Shown: positions 1 through 10,560 of the stretch, piece after piece
Numbering within the stretch: the stretch's first letter is position 1
Layout of the letters: each line of letters begins with the position of its first letter
Origin: a bacterium
GTDB lineage: Bacteria > Patescibacteriota > Minisyncoccia > UBA6257 > UBA9933
Direction: 5' to 3'
Length of the DNA stretch: 64,000 bases
NCBI GenBank assembly: GCA_021796335.1
Contig: JAJYHZ010000002.1
Location: 192,998-256,997 of the forward strand
The notes under the pieces: model-generated
The model's database searches: none
Seen by the model: the letters and a program-made list of their open reading frames with translations, nothing else
Told to the model about the DNA's origin: nothing
Made by a program: the position numbers and the translations under genes

Positions 1-128
1 TTTTGCTGGAAATAAAATAGCAAATAAATGTCGATGCGTAAAGAAATTTATAAATTGGACAAAAGTTGATTGTTATTGTATTCTTATTTTAAGAACTTTT
101 ATTTAAAAATATTGGGAGGTGAGAAGAG

Positions 129-563
129 GTGAAAAAATGTATTTTCTTGATAATGGTTGCTTTTGTTTTTTTGTCCTCCTGCGAGTTTGGAACTCCAGAA
201 GGATCACTATGGGTGCGTCCCAATCTTTTTTTGAATTATAATTATTATCCTTCGCGATTTTATCCGTATGTGAAGGTGGTGGTTATAAATGAAAGTCCGT
301 ATAGGGCTGAAATCAGAAAAGACGGCGTTCCCATAGCCGTTCTTAACCGGCCGGTGATAATTCGGCCGGCGGGAACTTTTCCTGTGTGGGCGAGTGTCCC
401 GTACGAAGCGAATGTGCAGTTCGTTATCACCGCAGTTTTCATAGACAGTTACGGAAATGTGATCTCTGTGGAAAGCCGAGAATTTTCTTTCTACGGAAGC
501 CTTAACCAGGAACAATCGATTTCCTGGGAAATAGGATATTCTTTAAGGCCCCGATATTATTAG
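129..563 (+). CDS. hypothetical secreted protein (N-terminal signal peptide)
   Basis: ORF with hydrophobic N-terminus MKKCIFLIMVAFVFLSSC; followed by hairpin terminator; no recognisable family. Confidence 0.45.
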   Translation: MKKCIFLIMVAFVFLSSCEFGTPEGSLWVRPNLFLNYNYYPSRFYPYVKVVVINESPYRAEIRKDGVPIAVLNRPVIIRPAGTFPVWASVPYEANVQFVITAVFIDSYGNVISVESREFSFYGSLNQEQSISWEIGYSLRPRYY

Positions 564-580
564 GGGCCTTTGCCTTTTTT
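545..580 (+). terminator. rho-independent terminator (aaggcccc...ggggcctt + T-tract)
   Basis: 8-bp GC stem overlapping stop codon followed by tttgcctttttt. Confidence 0.5.
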
Positions 581-698
581 AAACAGCTAAGGCATGCTAT
601 AATTTTTTGGTTATCCCCGTATGAAACTTTAGCGCATTTTTTATAGGGGATTTTACTAATGGAGCTTTGATCAAAACATTAAAGTTCTGCCACAGGGT

Positions 699-1328
699 AT
701 GTTAGAACATTTTTTGATGAATTTTTCGGAATTTCACAGAATTCTGACTTATTCTTTGATTTTTTTAGGAATGTTCATAGAGGGAGAATTGATTTTGATT
801 TTGGCGGGAATTTTGGTCAGCAGCGGACACATAGATTTTTTTGATACAATTGGAATTGCTTTTGTCGCAGTCAATATTCACGATATTTTGTATTGGCATA
901 TCGGCGGGCGGCTGGCGAACTTAAACAAAAAGAAATTTTTATTTTTCAATCTGGAGAAGGTTGAACCGTGGTTTAATAGGATTAAAAGACGCGAAGGATT
1001 ATATATTTTTGTTTCAAAATTCGCTTGGAATTTAAACAGAATAGTTTTGCTCTCAAGCGGTTATCTTGGAACTAAATTTAAAAAATTCGTTAAATTCAGC
1101 ATTCCCGCCGCTTTTCTCTGGACAGCCACCTTTGTTTCGCTGGGTTATTTATTTTCGGACGAACTGGATATTTTGAAAACAGATTTGAAAAGAGTCGCCA
1201 TTTCCGTGACGATTTTTTTCATCGTAATCATTTTTTTGGAAAATGTTATTCGTAAGATTATACGAAGAAGCGTAATCTTGTATAAAAAGCATTTAAAGGA
1301 GAAGATAATAAGGAAAGGGGATGATTAA
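699..1328 (+). CDS. DedA/SNARE-associated (VTT domain) membrane protein
   Basis: multi-TM protein; FIEGELILILAG...GYLG pattern typical of DedA family. Confidence 0.55.
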   Translation: MLEHFLMNFSEFHRILTYSLIFLGMFIEGELILILAGILVSSGHIDFFDTIGIAFVAVNIHDILYWHIGGRLANLNKKKFLFFNLEKVEPWFNRIKRREGLYIFVSKFAWNLNRIVLLSSGYLGTKFKKFVKFSIPAAFLWTATFVSLGYLFSDELDILKTDLKRVAISVTIFFIVIIFLENVIRKIIRRSVILYKKHLKEKIIRKGDD

Positions 1329-1340
1329 GGTTAAAAGTCT

Positions 1341-1415
1341 GCGCGCTTAGCTCAGCTGGTCCAGAGCACCTCGTTTACACCGAGGGGGTCGGGGGTTCGA
1401 ATCCCTCAGCGCGCA
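1341..1415 (+). tRNA. tRNA-Val (anticodon TAC)
   Basis: cloverleaf folded by eye: acceptor gcgcgct/agcgcgc, D stem gctc/gagc, anticodon stem cctcg/cgagg with loop ttTACac, T arm gggggttcgaatccctc. Confidence 0.85.
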
Positions 1416-1535
1416 CAATTAGCCCGGAATTTGTTGTAACGGATACCGATGAGGAGGCAAGGGGTTTGGATCTTTTGCGCCCAGTAGTTAACTTTGTTTA
1501 TTGTACAATCATGATGGTTCGAGGGAGGGCCCAGT

Positions 1536-2264
1536 ATGAGTCAGCGCGGTGTTGAGGGGTCGAAATTGTTTAAATTTACGCAGATGCATTACGAAGAAAA
1601 TCCTTTTGAAAGTGAAAAAGTTGCTCTTGAATGGATAAATAGTGTTGAAAATGAAAAAGGAATGTTTCGAGATAACGATATTTATCCAAGGCTAAAAGAG
1701 TGGATTAAAAAACATGATCCTAATTTTGTTGTTGAAATTGGCTCTGGACAAGGAATTTGTTCGTCAAAACTTGGAAATTTTTTCGGAAATTATATAGGCA
1801 TAGAGCCATCAAATAAATTAGTGGAACGCGCCAAAAAATTATATGAAAGTAAAAATATCAAATTTATTATTGGTAATGCATATCAGTTGCCGATTAACAA
1901 CAATGTGGCGGATGCAATTTTCTCAATAAATGTTTGGTTTCATCTGGAAAGCTTAGAAAAAGCAGCTAAAGAACTGTCAAGAATATTAAAAATCGGCGGA
2001 AAATTTTTAATAATTACAGCCAATCCAAACGTTTATAAATCATGGAAAGATTCATTTATAGAATATAAGGAAGAAAATAAAAAAATCATTGGAAAAGTGA
2101 ATATTCCGGTAAACCCACTATCTAAAGTTATTATTATAAAACATTCTTTAAATGAGATAAAAAAATCTTTAGAAGAAGCAGATTTGAAAATAGAAAATAT
2201 TGAATATTTTTCTTTATTAAAGAAAAAGAATATTTTTATTGCCATAGAAGGAGTAAAGTTATAG
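1536..2264 (+). CDS. class I SAM-dependent methyltransferase
   Basis: motif I VVEIGSGQGICS; Methyltransf_11-like spacing. Confidence 0.6.
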   Translation: MSQRGVEGSKLFKFTQMHYEENPFESEKVALEWINSVENEKGMFRDNDIYPRLKEWIKKHDPNFVVEIGSGQGICSSKLGNFFGNYIGIEPSNKLVERAKKLYESKNIKFIIGNAYQLPINNNVADAIFSINVWFHLESLEKAAKELSRILKIGGKFLIITANPNVYKSWKDSFIEYKEENKKIIGKVNIPVNPLSKVIIIKHSLNEIKKSLEEADLKIENIEYFSLLKKKNIFIAIEGVKL

Positions 2265-2653
2265 ATTTACTCATGGAAATAGAAAAATAAATTATGGAAA
2301 AACGCCAAAAAGCTTTAGAGGCGGTCTAATTATGCCAATCTTTTCATAGGCGCCGATCTTTTAGAAAAAAACATAACAATGTAGTCAAGAAAAATTATAA
2401 ATTTGAGTCCGGAAAAACAGATGCGGAACCATCCCGCCTGGCACCAGGCGAGATTCTTTTCAAATTTCCTGAAATAATTCCAACATCGAACCATAAGTTC
2501 GGCTAAGATCAGTAGGTATCAAACAACTAAAGTGCATAATTTATTTTAAATGGAATTCAATAATTTACAGATTTTATAAATCTTTCGTTGGGACGAAATA
2601 AGGCTGGTTCCGTTTAAATACGCGAGTTTAGTTATAAATTCCGCATTTGCCAA

Positions 2654-3892
2654 TTATTCATACCTTAGCGCTTCAATGGGGGATTTTTGAGCGGCCTGGC
2701 GGGCCGGGTAAAGTCCGAAAATCAAACCGATTATCCCGGAAACTAAAATTCCGATAACGGCTCCTGTTATCGGAAAACCGAAGACCCAGTCAACGGCAAG
2801 AAACTTGCTTAAAATTACCGAAATTAAAAACGAAAATCCCGTTCCCAATATTACGCCGATGATTCCGCCGATGCCGGTCAATAAAACGGACTCCAAAAGA
2901 AACTGGAATAAAATATTTTTTCCGGTGGCGCCAAGCGATTTGCGCAAGCCGATTTCGCGGGTGCGTTCGGTGACGGAAACAAGCATGATGTTCATAATTC
3001 CGATTCCGCCGACAACAAGGGAAATGGCGGCGACGGCCGTCAGGAAAAGGGTCAAAATGGTTGTGATTAAGCTTAGCCGTGAAGCGAGATCGGCCTGGGT
3101 TTCGATGCTGAAATCATCTTTGGAAGGATCGGTAATATTATGCGAATTTCTTAATGTGGTTGTAATATCGTCAACAGTGCGGTTGATGTCATTTTCCGAA
3201 TCCGCAGTTACGATAATGCGGTTGAAATAATTTATGCCGAACAAATAATTTTGGGCGGTGGTATAAGGAACGATTACGCTGTCGTCAAAATTAAAAAACG
3301 ATACCTGCCCTTTGGACGGCAGAACGCCGATGATTCTGAAATTCCTATTCTTGATTTTTATCGTTTCGCCCATCGGGTTGGAAGCGCCGAATAAGTTATC
3401 CTTGACTTTTGATCCGATGACCGCGACTTCGGAGTGGCTTTTTACGTCATCGTCGGTGAAAAAATTCCCCTGGCTGGGGTAAATGTCGAAAAACTGGGAA
3501 ATCAAATCGGTTGCTCCGAAAACTGTCGGCTGATCGGTATTACCCTGGTAATAAAGCGTTTCGGCGCCGATTACAACCGGCATGATTTGGCCGAGAGTGG
3601 GGACGTTATTTTTTTGCTGAAGAGCCGCAAGATCTTTTTCTTTAAGAGAATTGCTTAGTGTTTGGGCAAAATCGGACGGGGTTTTCGCCTGGCGGCCGGG
3701 AATTATGACGATTGTTTTCGAGCCCATTCCCTGGATTTGACTAAGGATTAAATCTTGGGCGCCCTGCCCGATGGACATAATCATGATAATGGAGGTAATG
3801 CCGATAACAATGCCGAGAACGGTTAAGGCGGATCGGGATTTATTTGTTTTTAATCCGGTAAAGGCGGTTTTAAAAGCGTGCTTTAGGGTCAT
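2654..3892 (-). CDS. ABC transporter permease, MacB/FtsX family with large extracytoplasmic domain
   Basis: N-terminal TM, ~250 aa periplasmic region, C-terminal FtsX-like 3 TM with GLYPARQAAQKSPIEALRYE tail; operon with ATPase. Confidence 0.75.
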   Translation of the reverse strand: MTLKHAFKTAFTGLKTNKSRSALTVLGIVIGITSIIMIMSIGQGAQDLILSQIQGMGSKTIVIIPGRQAKTPSDFAQTLSNSLKEKDLAALQQKNNVPTLGQIMPVVIGAETLYYQGNTDQPTVFGATDLISQFFDIYPSQGNFFTDDDVKSHSEVAVIGSKVKDNLFGASNPMGETIKIKNRNFRIIGVLPSKGQVSFFNFDDSVIVPYTTAQNYLFGINYFNRIIVTADSENDINRTVDDITTTLRNSHNITDPSKDDFSIETQADLASRLSLITTILTLFLTAVAAISLVVGGIGIMNIMLVSVTERTREIGLRKSLGATGKNILFQFLLESVLLTGIGGIIGVILGTGFSFLISVILSKFLAVDWVFGFPITGAVIGILVSGIIGLIFGLYPARQAAQKSPIEALRYE

Positions 3893-3955
3893 TTTGGAAT
3901 TTCTAATTACTCCAATGATTAATGATGATTCATTTTTTAGAATAATTAGGTTAAT

Positions 3956-4678
3956 TTATTTGAGCAGCTCCATGTCATTGGCTTTGCGGCGGTTTTTGAC
4001 GATGGAATCGCTTTCGATTTTACCGTCGAAGATTTTAATTATCCGTTGGGCATGCTCGGCGGTATGAGTTTCGTGGGTGATTAAAACTATAGTGCGACCT
4101 TGCTCTTCATTTAATTTTTGGAGAGTTTCCATGACTAAATGGCCCGACTGGGAATCCAAATTTCCGGTTGGTTCGTCGGCAAAGATAACTTCCGGATTAG
4201 TAATCAAGGCGCGGGCGATCGCGGTACGCTGCTGTTCGCCGCCGGAAAGGCGCGAAGGTTCGTGATTAACCCGGTGCGTCAATCCGACTTGTTCAATCGC
4301 TTTTTGCGCCAGCGTATTCCATTCGTTTTCCTTAATTTTAGAATACAGCAAGGGGAGTTTGACGTTTTCAGCCACGGTAGTGCGGGGGAGAAGGTTGAAA
4401 GCTTGAAAAATAAATCCCATTTTTTCATTCCGGATTCGGGCGATTTCGTCGTCGGAATAAGAATCGCTGATCTTGTCCTCAAAAAAATATTTTCCGGAAG
4501 TCGGCTTGTCTAAAAATCCCAAAATCTGGAGAAGGGTCGATTTGCCCGAACCGGACGGACCCATGATTGCGACGAATTCTCCTTTGTCGATCGAAAAAGA
4601 AACGCCGCGAAGCGCGTGAACTTCTCCTTCGCCGTACAGATAAGATTTGGCGATATTTTCGAGTTTGATGAAAGACAC
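3956..4678 (-). CDS. ABC transporter ATP-binding protein (MacB/LolD-type)
   Basis: Walker [10 protein letters not shown], signature [15 protein letters not shown], Walker [13 protein letters not shown]-loop. Confidence 0.9.
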   Translation of the reverse strand: MSFIKLENIAKSYLYGEGEVHALRGVSFSIDKGEFVAIMGPSGSGKSTLLQILGFLDKPTSGKYFFEDKISDSYSDDEIARIRNEKMGFIFQAFNLLPRTTVAENVKLPLLYSKIKENEWNTLAQKAIEQVGLTHRVNHEPSRLSGGEQQRTAIARALITNPEVIFADEPTGNLDSQSGHLVMETLQKLNEEQGRTIVLITHETHTAEHAQRIIKIFDGKIESDSIVKNRRKANDMELLK

Positions 4679-4727
4679 TTTTAAATTAAATTTCTAATAA
4701 CTATAGATTAAAACTAATCGTCATTCA

Positions 4728-6281
4728 CTATTGAGGAATGATCACTTTATCTCCCTCGTTTACTCCGCTAAGTATTTCTATATTTCCATCCGTGCTGCGC
4801 AATCCGGTTTTTACCTGAACGGTGCGGAATGATTTTCCATCCACGTTTAAAATTTCAACAGTTTTTTCTCCAGAATCGGAGATAACGGCCCGTTGCGGAA
4901 TTATTATCGCGTTTTTATGTTCGGCGGTTTTTATGTCGATGTTGGCGGTCATGCCGGATTTTATTTTATCCTCGTTATTTAGGAATTGCAGAGTGGTTTT
5001 ATAAGTCGTGACGCCTTCAACAATCGTTTCGGCGGGATCGATAGAAACAACCTTCGCCTTAAATATAACATTACTGCCGTAAGCATCCAGAGTAACGTCG
5101 GCAGGTTCGCCGACGGAAACCGCGGCGATATCGGTTTCGGGAATATCGGCATCGATTTCAAATTTAGAATCTGAGATCAGCGAAATAACGGGAGCACTGA
5201 GAGAAGAAATCTCGCCGATCTTCGAATTGACCTGAGTGACCAACCCGTCGAAAGGCGCGCGGATGTACGTGTTTTCAATCTGCGCTTCGTAATTATCTAT
5301 GTCGGCCTGAGCTTGCCTGACCAGAGCTTCTTGAGCGGCTATGTCTTGAGGAGTGCTGCCAGCTTTGTCCAAATCCAATTCATTTTGAGCGGTTTGGACT
5401 GCAAGTTTTTGGGCGGAAATCGATTGCGCCTGGTTATTCACTTCCGAAGCTGCGGCGTTAACATTGGTTAACCCCGTATTAACGGCGGTTTTGTAGCCGG
5501 ATAAATTCGTCGGCGATAATCCGATGGAATCGTTTAGAGCGACCAGAGCATCATTTAAAAAATCCCTGATATTCGAAAGGCTTTTTTCGGAATCAGCTAT
5601 AGCCGAATCAATATCGGCGGGTGAACTATTATTTTGGAGATTGGCAACTTCAGTCTGCCAAGCGTCGAATTTGGAATTAATGGTAATAAGGCTATTGATG
5701 ACGTTATTTGCGGGTTGCTGATCTTTTGTTGAAAAGGTCAGCTGAGGATTGAGCGTGCTGCCGTTTATAAAAATACCCGCAGTTTGGTTTCTGAGTGCAT
5801 CATTAGCCTTAGAAAATGCATCATTTAAGATATTGGGCGTGCCTGAATAGTAATTATTTAGAGCTTGTTGAGCTTGCGCTAGCTGGGATTCCTTTATTTG
5901 AATCTCTTCGGGACGCGTTCCCGCTTTTAATTGGTCCAGTTTGGCTTGTTGATTTTCAAGGGTGGCTTGGGCTTGTTCAAGCTGGGCTTTCAGGTCGTTG
6001 TTGTCGAGATTGGCCAGGATTTCACCGGCGGAAACGTGGTCTCCCACCGCAATCGCAATGCCGTTTATTCTGCCGACTTTAGCAAATCCCAAATCGGCGT
6101 TTTGAACCGGGCTGACATTTCCAGTCGCGCTAACCTCCTGGACAATATCGCCTTTATAGGCGGCTGCCGTCTGGAACGAAGAATTATTTTTTGAAGAGAA
6201 AGAAAGATAAGCGACGATTGCGACAATTACGACAACGCCGCTTATAAAAAACTTATTTTTGACGATATTCATAAATTTCAT
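4728..6281 (-). CDS. HlyD/MacA-family periplasmic adaptor subunit with extended coiled-coil
   Basis: N-terminal TM anchor, long Q/A-rich coiled-coil, C-terminal beta-barrel region; directly upstream of ABC ATPase/permease on same strand. Confidence 0.65.
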   Translation of the reverse strand: MKFMNIVKNKFFISGVVVIVAIVAYLSFSSKNNSSFQTAAAYKGDIVQEVSATGNVSPVQNADLGFAKVGRINGIAIAVGDHVSAGEILANLDNNDLKAQLEQAQATLENQQAKLDQLKAGTRPEEIQIKESQLAQAQQALNNYYSGTPNILNDAFSKANDALRNQTAGIFINGSTLNPQLTFSTKDQQPANNVINSLITINSKFDAWQTEVANLQNNSSPADIDSAIADSEKSLSNIRDFLNDALVALNDSIGLSPTNLSGYKTAVNTGLTNVNAAASEVNNQAQSISAQKLAVQTAQNELDLDKAGSTPQDIAAQEALVRQAQADIDNYEAQIENTYIRAPFDGLVTQVNSKIGEISSLSAPVISLISDSKFEIDADIPETDIAAVSVGEPADVTLDAYGSNVIFKAKVVSIDPAETIVEGVTTYKTTLQFLNNEDKIKSGMTANIDIKTAEHKNAIIIPQRAVISDSGEKTVEILNVDGKSFRTVQVKTGLRSTDGNIEILSGVNEGDKVIIPQ

Positions 6282-6407
6282 TTAATTTTAGCATACTTAT
6301 TATTCTTTCCCAATTCTACGGAATTTTCAATTAACAAAAAATGACTAAAATGTAAAATTTTGTTATAATTTAAAAAAGGTCGGGAAAGATTAGACTTCTT
6401 TATATTT

Positions 6408-6608
6408 ATGAGAAATTTAAACGCACTTGATTGGATTGCACTCATTCTCCTTACTATTGGCGGACTTGCATGGGGAGTAATTGGCGTGTTTAATTACGAC
6501 TTTGTAACTGGAGCTCTTGGCAGTGTTATTGCCCAAATCGTTTTTATCCTTGTCGGAATTTCGGCTATTTACGAAATTTTTGTAGTCGGCAGTTTGGGCA
6601 AGAAATAA
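6408..6608 (+). CDS. DUF378-family small membrane protein
   Basis: 66 aa, two TM, LNALDWIALILLTIGGLAWG pattern characteristic of DUF378. Confidence 0.5.
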   Translation: MRNLNALDWIALILLTIGGLAWGVIGVFNYDFVTGALGSVIAQIVFILVGISAIYEIFVVGSLGKK

Positions 6609-6679
6609 TTTCGGAGCGGCGGTTTGAAAAATAATTGGGCGCGATAAGCCCGAAGTTTATGTTTCTTTTATAAAATTCA

Positions 6680-7132
6680 TTGATGCAAAAAAGATTATTA
6701 ATCCCCGCGATTATCATCATAATAATGGTAATCACGGGGATGATAGTCTATAATTTTTTTAAAAAAATAATAATTCCTCCGGATCAGGTTCCCGCAAATC
6801 AACCTTACCAAAATTATAATTATCCCGATAGGGTTTCTTCGTCCTCCGATTCCTTGGGGAAGCCCATTATTATTTACAATGGGAACAGTTTTTCTCCAAA
6901 CATATTAAAAATCAAAACAGGGACCGAAGTAGTTTTTAAAAACAACAGTTTGCACCCGATCTCATTGGGCGGAGACGCAAAATTCAAGGATAACTGTTAT
7001 TCAGGATTCGAAACAAAAAATAAGCTGATGCAAGGACAAACCTTTTCTTTCATTTTTCAAAAAACCGGAACCTGGATTTATTCGCAAACTTTAAATCCGG
7101 AAGAAAAAGGAGTTATTTTGGCCGTAAAATAA
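6680..7132 (+). CDS. membrane-anchored cupredoxin-like domain protein
   Basis: N-terminal TM then beta-rich domain with ILKIKTGTEVVFKNNSLHPISLGG resembling cupredoxin/EfeO-like fold; no clear copper ligands. Confidence 0.35.
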   Translation: MMQKRLLIPAIIIIIMVITGMIVYNFFKKIIIPPDQVPANQPYQNYNYPDRVSSSSDSLGKPIIIYNGNSFSPNILKIKTGTEVVFKNNSLHPISLGGDAKFKDNCYSGFETKNKLMQGQTFSFIFQKTGTWIYSQTLNPEEKGVILAVK

Positions 7133-7228
7133 TTATAGATTATAAAATAAAATAAAAGGCAATCTTTGATTCGTGGAATTTTGGCAGATTGGCGGTTAAA
7201 ATAATAATTATTTTGTAAATTACAGATA

Positions 7229-7714
7229 TTGATTATGACGAGAATTAAAAAAGCGACAATTTTGGGATTGGTTTTTATCGCCGCCGCGTTCATAACGATG
7301 TGGATCTTGGTCGCCCATCCGAAATTTTTATTTGCAAAAAAGGAAGCGGCAAATTCCATCTATTTCCCCGACAGCAATCTTGAGGTAAACCTTGAATACG
7401 CGACAACGCCGTATGAATGGACAAAAGGACTGATGTTCCGCACGAGTATGCCGGAAAATTCAGGCATGCTTTTTATTTTTCCGGACGAACAAATTAGGAC
7501 ATTTTGGATGAAGGATACTTTGATTCCGCTTGACATAATATTTATTTCCAAAGACAAAAAGATCGTGGATATAAAAGAAAATTTTCAGCCATGCACTTCA
7601 GGCGTCAGTTGCGGAACTTACGAGTCGAAATTTCCGGCAATGTACGTTTTGGAGGCGAACGCCGGCATTGTTGCCAAATATAATTTGAAAACAGGAGATT
7701 CGGCGGAATTTTAA
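7229..7714 (+). CDS. DUF192 (COG1430) family protein
   Basis: signal/TM then GLMFR...MLFIF...WMKDT..PLD.IF....V motif typical of DUF192. Confidence 0.55.
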   Translation: MIMTRIKKATILGLVFIAAAFITMWILVAHPKFLFAKKEAANSIYFPDSNLEVNLEYATTPYEWTKGLMFRTSMPENSGMLFIFPDEQIRTFWMKDTLIPLDIIFISKDKKIVDIKENFQPCTSGVSCGTYESKFPAMYVLEANAGIVAKYNLKTGDSAEF

Positions 7715-7740
7715 AAATTTTAGAAAATAAGGAGGAAGCT

Positions 7741-8091
7741 GTGGATTCTATTGATAATAGAAAGATCGGATTTGCAATAAAGCAGTTAAGAAAAAATCTT
7801 GGAATGTCGCAAATGCAGCTTGCCGGAAAAATGGGAATTTCGTATCAGCAGGTTCAGAAATACGAGAAAGGAATCAATGAGCTGGGCATGTCGAGGCTAA
7901 GGCAAGTTGCAAAAGCTTTGGGCGTGCCGGCAAGCATCTTTTTCGACGAGGTAATCGCGATAGACATGCAAAAAAATGGATTAACCCGGGAAGAAGAAAA
8001 AATACTGGCGCTTTTTAAAAAAATATCGAATAGAAAAGCAAGGGATTATTTTGTAGGCCTTTTAAAAATAATTGCAAAACTGGCGAAATGA
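7741..8091 (+). CDS. XRE-family helix-turn-helix transcriptional regulator
   Basis: LRKNLGMSQMQLAGKMGISYQQVQKYEKG HTH_3 pattern. Confidence 0.7.
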   Translation: MDSIDNRKIGFAIKQLRKNLGMSQMQLAGKMGISYQQVQKYEKGINELGMSRLRQVAKALGVPASIFFDEVIAIDMQKNGLTREEEKILALFKKISNRKARDYFVGLLKIIAKLAK

Positions 8092-8154
8092 ACTTTTATC
8101 TGGGGCGCGCATGCGCCTCTTTTTATTTTCAATAAAAACTTATAAAATTCGAGC

Positions 8155-8790
8155 ATGGAAATCCTAGATATCTTGAAAAAAGTGGGCGCAATAATGACCG
8201 ACGACCATTTTGTTTACACGTCGGGGAAGCACGGCAGCGTTTATGTGAATAAAGACGCTCTTTATCTGCATATAAACGAGGCTTCGGAAGTAGGGCGATT
8301 ATTCGCGGAAAAGTACAAAGACCTGGATATTGAAGTCGTGGTGGCGCCGGCTTTGGGAGGAATAGTCCTTTCCCAATGGACCGCCTACCATCTTTCAAAA
8401 ATGAAATATAAAAAAATACTTGGTGTTTATACGGAAAAAGATTCCGAAGGAAATCAGATTTTAACAAGGGGGTATGATAAGTTGGTTGCCGGAAAAAAAG
8501 TTTTGATTGTGGAAGATATTACTAATACGGGCGGATCAGTCAAAAAAGTAATGAATAGCGTGCGGGCGGTTAACGCAGATGTTGTTGCGGTTTGCACAAT
8601 GATCAATAGAAATCCTGAAGAAGTAACCTCGGGAACGATGGGGGCGCCATTTTCTTCCCTGGGAATTTTCAAGGCGGAAGCTTTTGAAGAATCCGATTGC
8701 CCGTTGTGCAAACAGAATATTCCAATCAATACGTCGGTTGGACACGGGAAAAAATATTTAGCGAAAAAACAAAATGCCGGTGATCGATAA
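8155..8790 (+). CDS. pyrE: orotate phosphoribosyltransferase-like (type I PRTase)
   Basis: PRPP-binding motif VLIVEDITNTGGS; overlaps and precedes pyrF. Confidence 0.6.
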   Translation: MEILDILKKVGAIMTDDHFVYTSGKHGSVYVNKDALYLHINEASEVGRLFAEKYKDLDIEVVVAPALGGIVLSQWTAYHLSKMKYKKILGVYTEKDSEGNQILTRGYDKLVAGKKVLIVEDITNTGGSVKKVMNSVRAVNADVVAVCTMINRNPEEVTSGTMGAPFSSLGIFKAEAFEESDCPLCKQNIPINTSVGHGKKYLAKKQNAGDR

Positions 8791-9574
8791 ATATAATAGA
8801 AGAGTTGAAAAAATAAATTCGCTTTTATGCGTGGGATTGGACAGCGATTTTGAAAAATTGCCGGAAGAATTCAAGAAGCTGGAAAATCCGCAATTTGAAT
8901 TTAATAAAAAAATAATTGAAGAAACAAATGAATTTGCCGCGTCATTCAAGCTGAATATCGCTTTTTACGAAGGCAGGGGACAAAAAGGAATCGAAGAATT
9001 GAAAATGACAATGGATTATTTTCGAAGCAATTTCCCGGATATATTTTTAATATGTGATTCTAAACGAGGCGATATCGGCAACACCAACCGCGGATATATT
9101 TCTTTTATTTTGGACTGGCTGGGTTTCGATGCTATGACCGTGTCGCCTTATCTGGGGGGAGAATCACTTCAGCCATTTTTTGAAAGAGAAGACAAAGGAA
9201 TAATTATTTTGGCAAAAACTTCCAATCCGGGATCCGGAGAATTCCAGGATTTGGAAATAAACGGAAGGCCTATTTGGAAAATTGTGGCGGAAAAAGCGGC
9301 TAATGAGTGGAATAAAAAAGAAAATTTATTATTGGTAGCCGGAGCGACTTATCCGGAGCAAATGGCGGAAATCAGGAAGATAACGGGCGAAATGACGTTT
9401 CTGGTGCCAGGTATCGGGGCGCAAGGCGGAGACGTGGAAGCAACTGTAAAGGCGGGAATAAACGACGGCAAGAAAGGACTTATCATAAATTCTTCGCGAG
9501 GAATTATTTTTTCTTCAAATCCCAGAGAGGAAGCGAAGAAACTGCGGGCTGAGGTAAATAAGTTCAGGATATAA
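8774..9574 (+). CDS. pyrF: orotidine 5'-phosphate decarboxylase (long type 2 form)
   Basis: LCVGLDSDF and DSKRGDIGNT catalytic motifs. Confidence 0.8.
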   Translation: MPVIDKYNRRVEKINSLLCVGLDSDFEKLPEEFKKLENPQFEFNKKIIEETNEFAASFKLNIAFYEGRGQKGIEELKMTMDYFRSNFPDIFLICDSKRGDIGNTNRGYISFILDWLGFDAMTVSPYLGGESLQPFFEREDKGIIILAKTSNPGSGEFQDLEINGRPIWKIVAEKAANEWNKKENLLLVAGATYPEQMAEIRKITGEMTFLVPGIGAQGGDVEATVKAGINDGKKGLIINSSRGIIFSSNPREEAKKLRAEVNKFRI

Positions 9575-9614
9575 TATTATAGGGTTAGATCTTTAATTTG
9601 TTTAACTATTTTGT

Positions 9615-9660
9615 TGTGGATAACCAATCAAATTTTGAGCGATCGCTCAAAATTTGATTG
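9615..9660. repeat. palindrome family B copy 1 (caatcaaattttgagcgatcgctcaaaatttgattg) preceded by tgtggataa (DnaA-box reverse complement)
   Basis: perfect 36-bp inverted repeat; same sequence at 27183 and 27923. Confidence 0.8.
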
Positions 9661-9765
9661 TGATTTTTCTTATCTCCTTGTTTTTCATATAATGGGGCGC
9701 AACTTGACGAGTGGTTTGAGTTTGTTAATCTTTGTTTAGATTTTTCCAAAAGGAGGGCTTATTAG

Positions 9766-10062
9766 ATGAAAGAACCGATATTAAAGAAAGCAATATTAAT
9801 CATCACCGATAGCGAGGATAAGGCGGAGGCCTTATGCGAAAAAGCTTTTTTGAAAATGCCTGACGGCCAATACGAAGAAACTTTGCTGGATGTCCGGGTT
9901 ATAAAAACAGCGGAAGAAGCGCGTTCGCTGGTAAATAACTATAGCCATCCTGAATATCCATTAATTGAGCTTAAGGAGGTAAATCTTGATTCAAGCCATA
10001 GCAGTTATCACAGGATCGCTATGGCCCTTTCGAGATTCGGGGATAAGGATTTGGGTGTGTAG
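9766..10062 (+). CDS. hypothetical protein
   Basis: 98-aa ORF with RBS aaaaggagg upstream; palindrome B1 ~100 bp upstream; terminator downstream. Confidence 0.4.
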   Translation: MKEPILKKAILIITDSEDKAEALCEKAFLKMPDGQYEETLLDVRVIKTAEEARSLVNNYSHPEYPLIELKEVNLDSSHSSYHRIAMALSRFGDKDLGV

Positions 10063-10083
10063 AGTTAGTTTTGCGAATACAAT

Positions 10084-10115
10084 AAAGGGCGAAAGGAGGA
10101 TCGCCCTTTTTATTT
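10084..10115 (+). terminator. rho-independent terminator
   Basis: agggcgaaaggaggatcgccct stem-loop + ttttatttt. Confidence 0.6.
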
Positions 10116-10298
10116 TACTTCCAATTATTTTAGTATACACTTTTTTCGATCGTTGAAATTGTATACTGAAGCAATTAACAAAATTATTGACAAATGTCGT
10201 AATATCAGCATAATATTTGTCAGTATCATTTCGAAATAAAGAAGCCATTGGCTTCTAAATAAGATAGAATAAAATCGCGATACAAAAGGAGGATTGCA

Positions 10299-10520
10299 AT
10301 GTTTGAGTTTAGTACCGTTGTTGAGAAAATGGGTTATCTTGGCGGTTTCTTCTTTATATCATTGTTGGGTTTTTTGGCCGGCGCAATTGGCCATTTTCTC
10401 AACAAAGCGGAGAAAAAGGTAAAAGACGGCTGGAGAGGTTCGATTGAACCTCTACCACCTTTTTTATTGAAAAAAAATAAAAATTTTGGCAGGATACAAG
10501 CAATAGTTAATGGTGATTAG
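10299..10520 (+). CDS. small hypothetical membrane protein
   Basis: 73 aa, one TM segment, RBS aaaaggagg. Confidence 0.3.
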   Translation: MFEFSTVVEKMGYLGGFFFISLLGFLAGAIGHFLNKAEKKVKDGWRGSIEPLPPFLLKKNKNFGRIQAIVNGD

Positions 10521-10560
10521 TTTTTAGTAATTAGAGAATTAAATAATTAAAAATAAAAAA

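Noticed and set aside
2265-2653. 389-bp convergent intergenic region with a gcctggcaccaggc hairpin, as a possible ncRNA or 5S rRNA
   Set aside because: It does not match 5S, tmRNA or RNase P conserved blocks. The single hairpin is more simply a bidirectional terminator.
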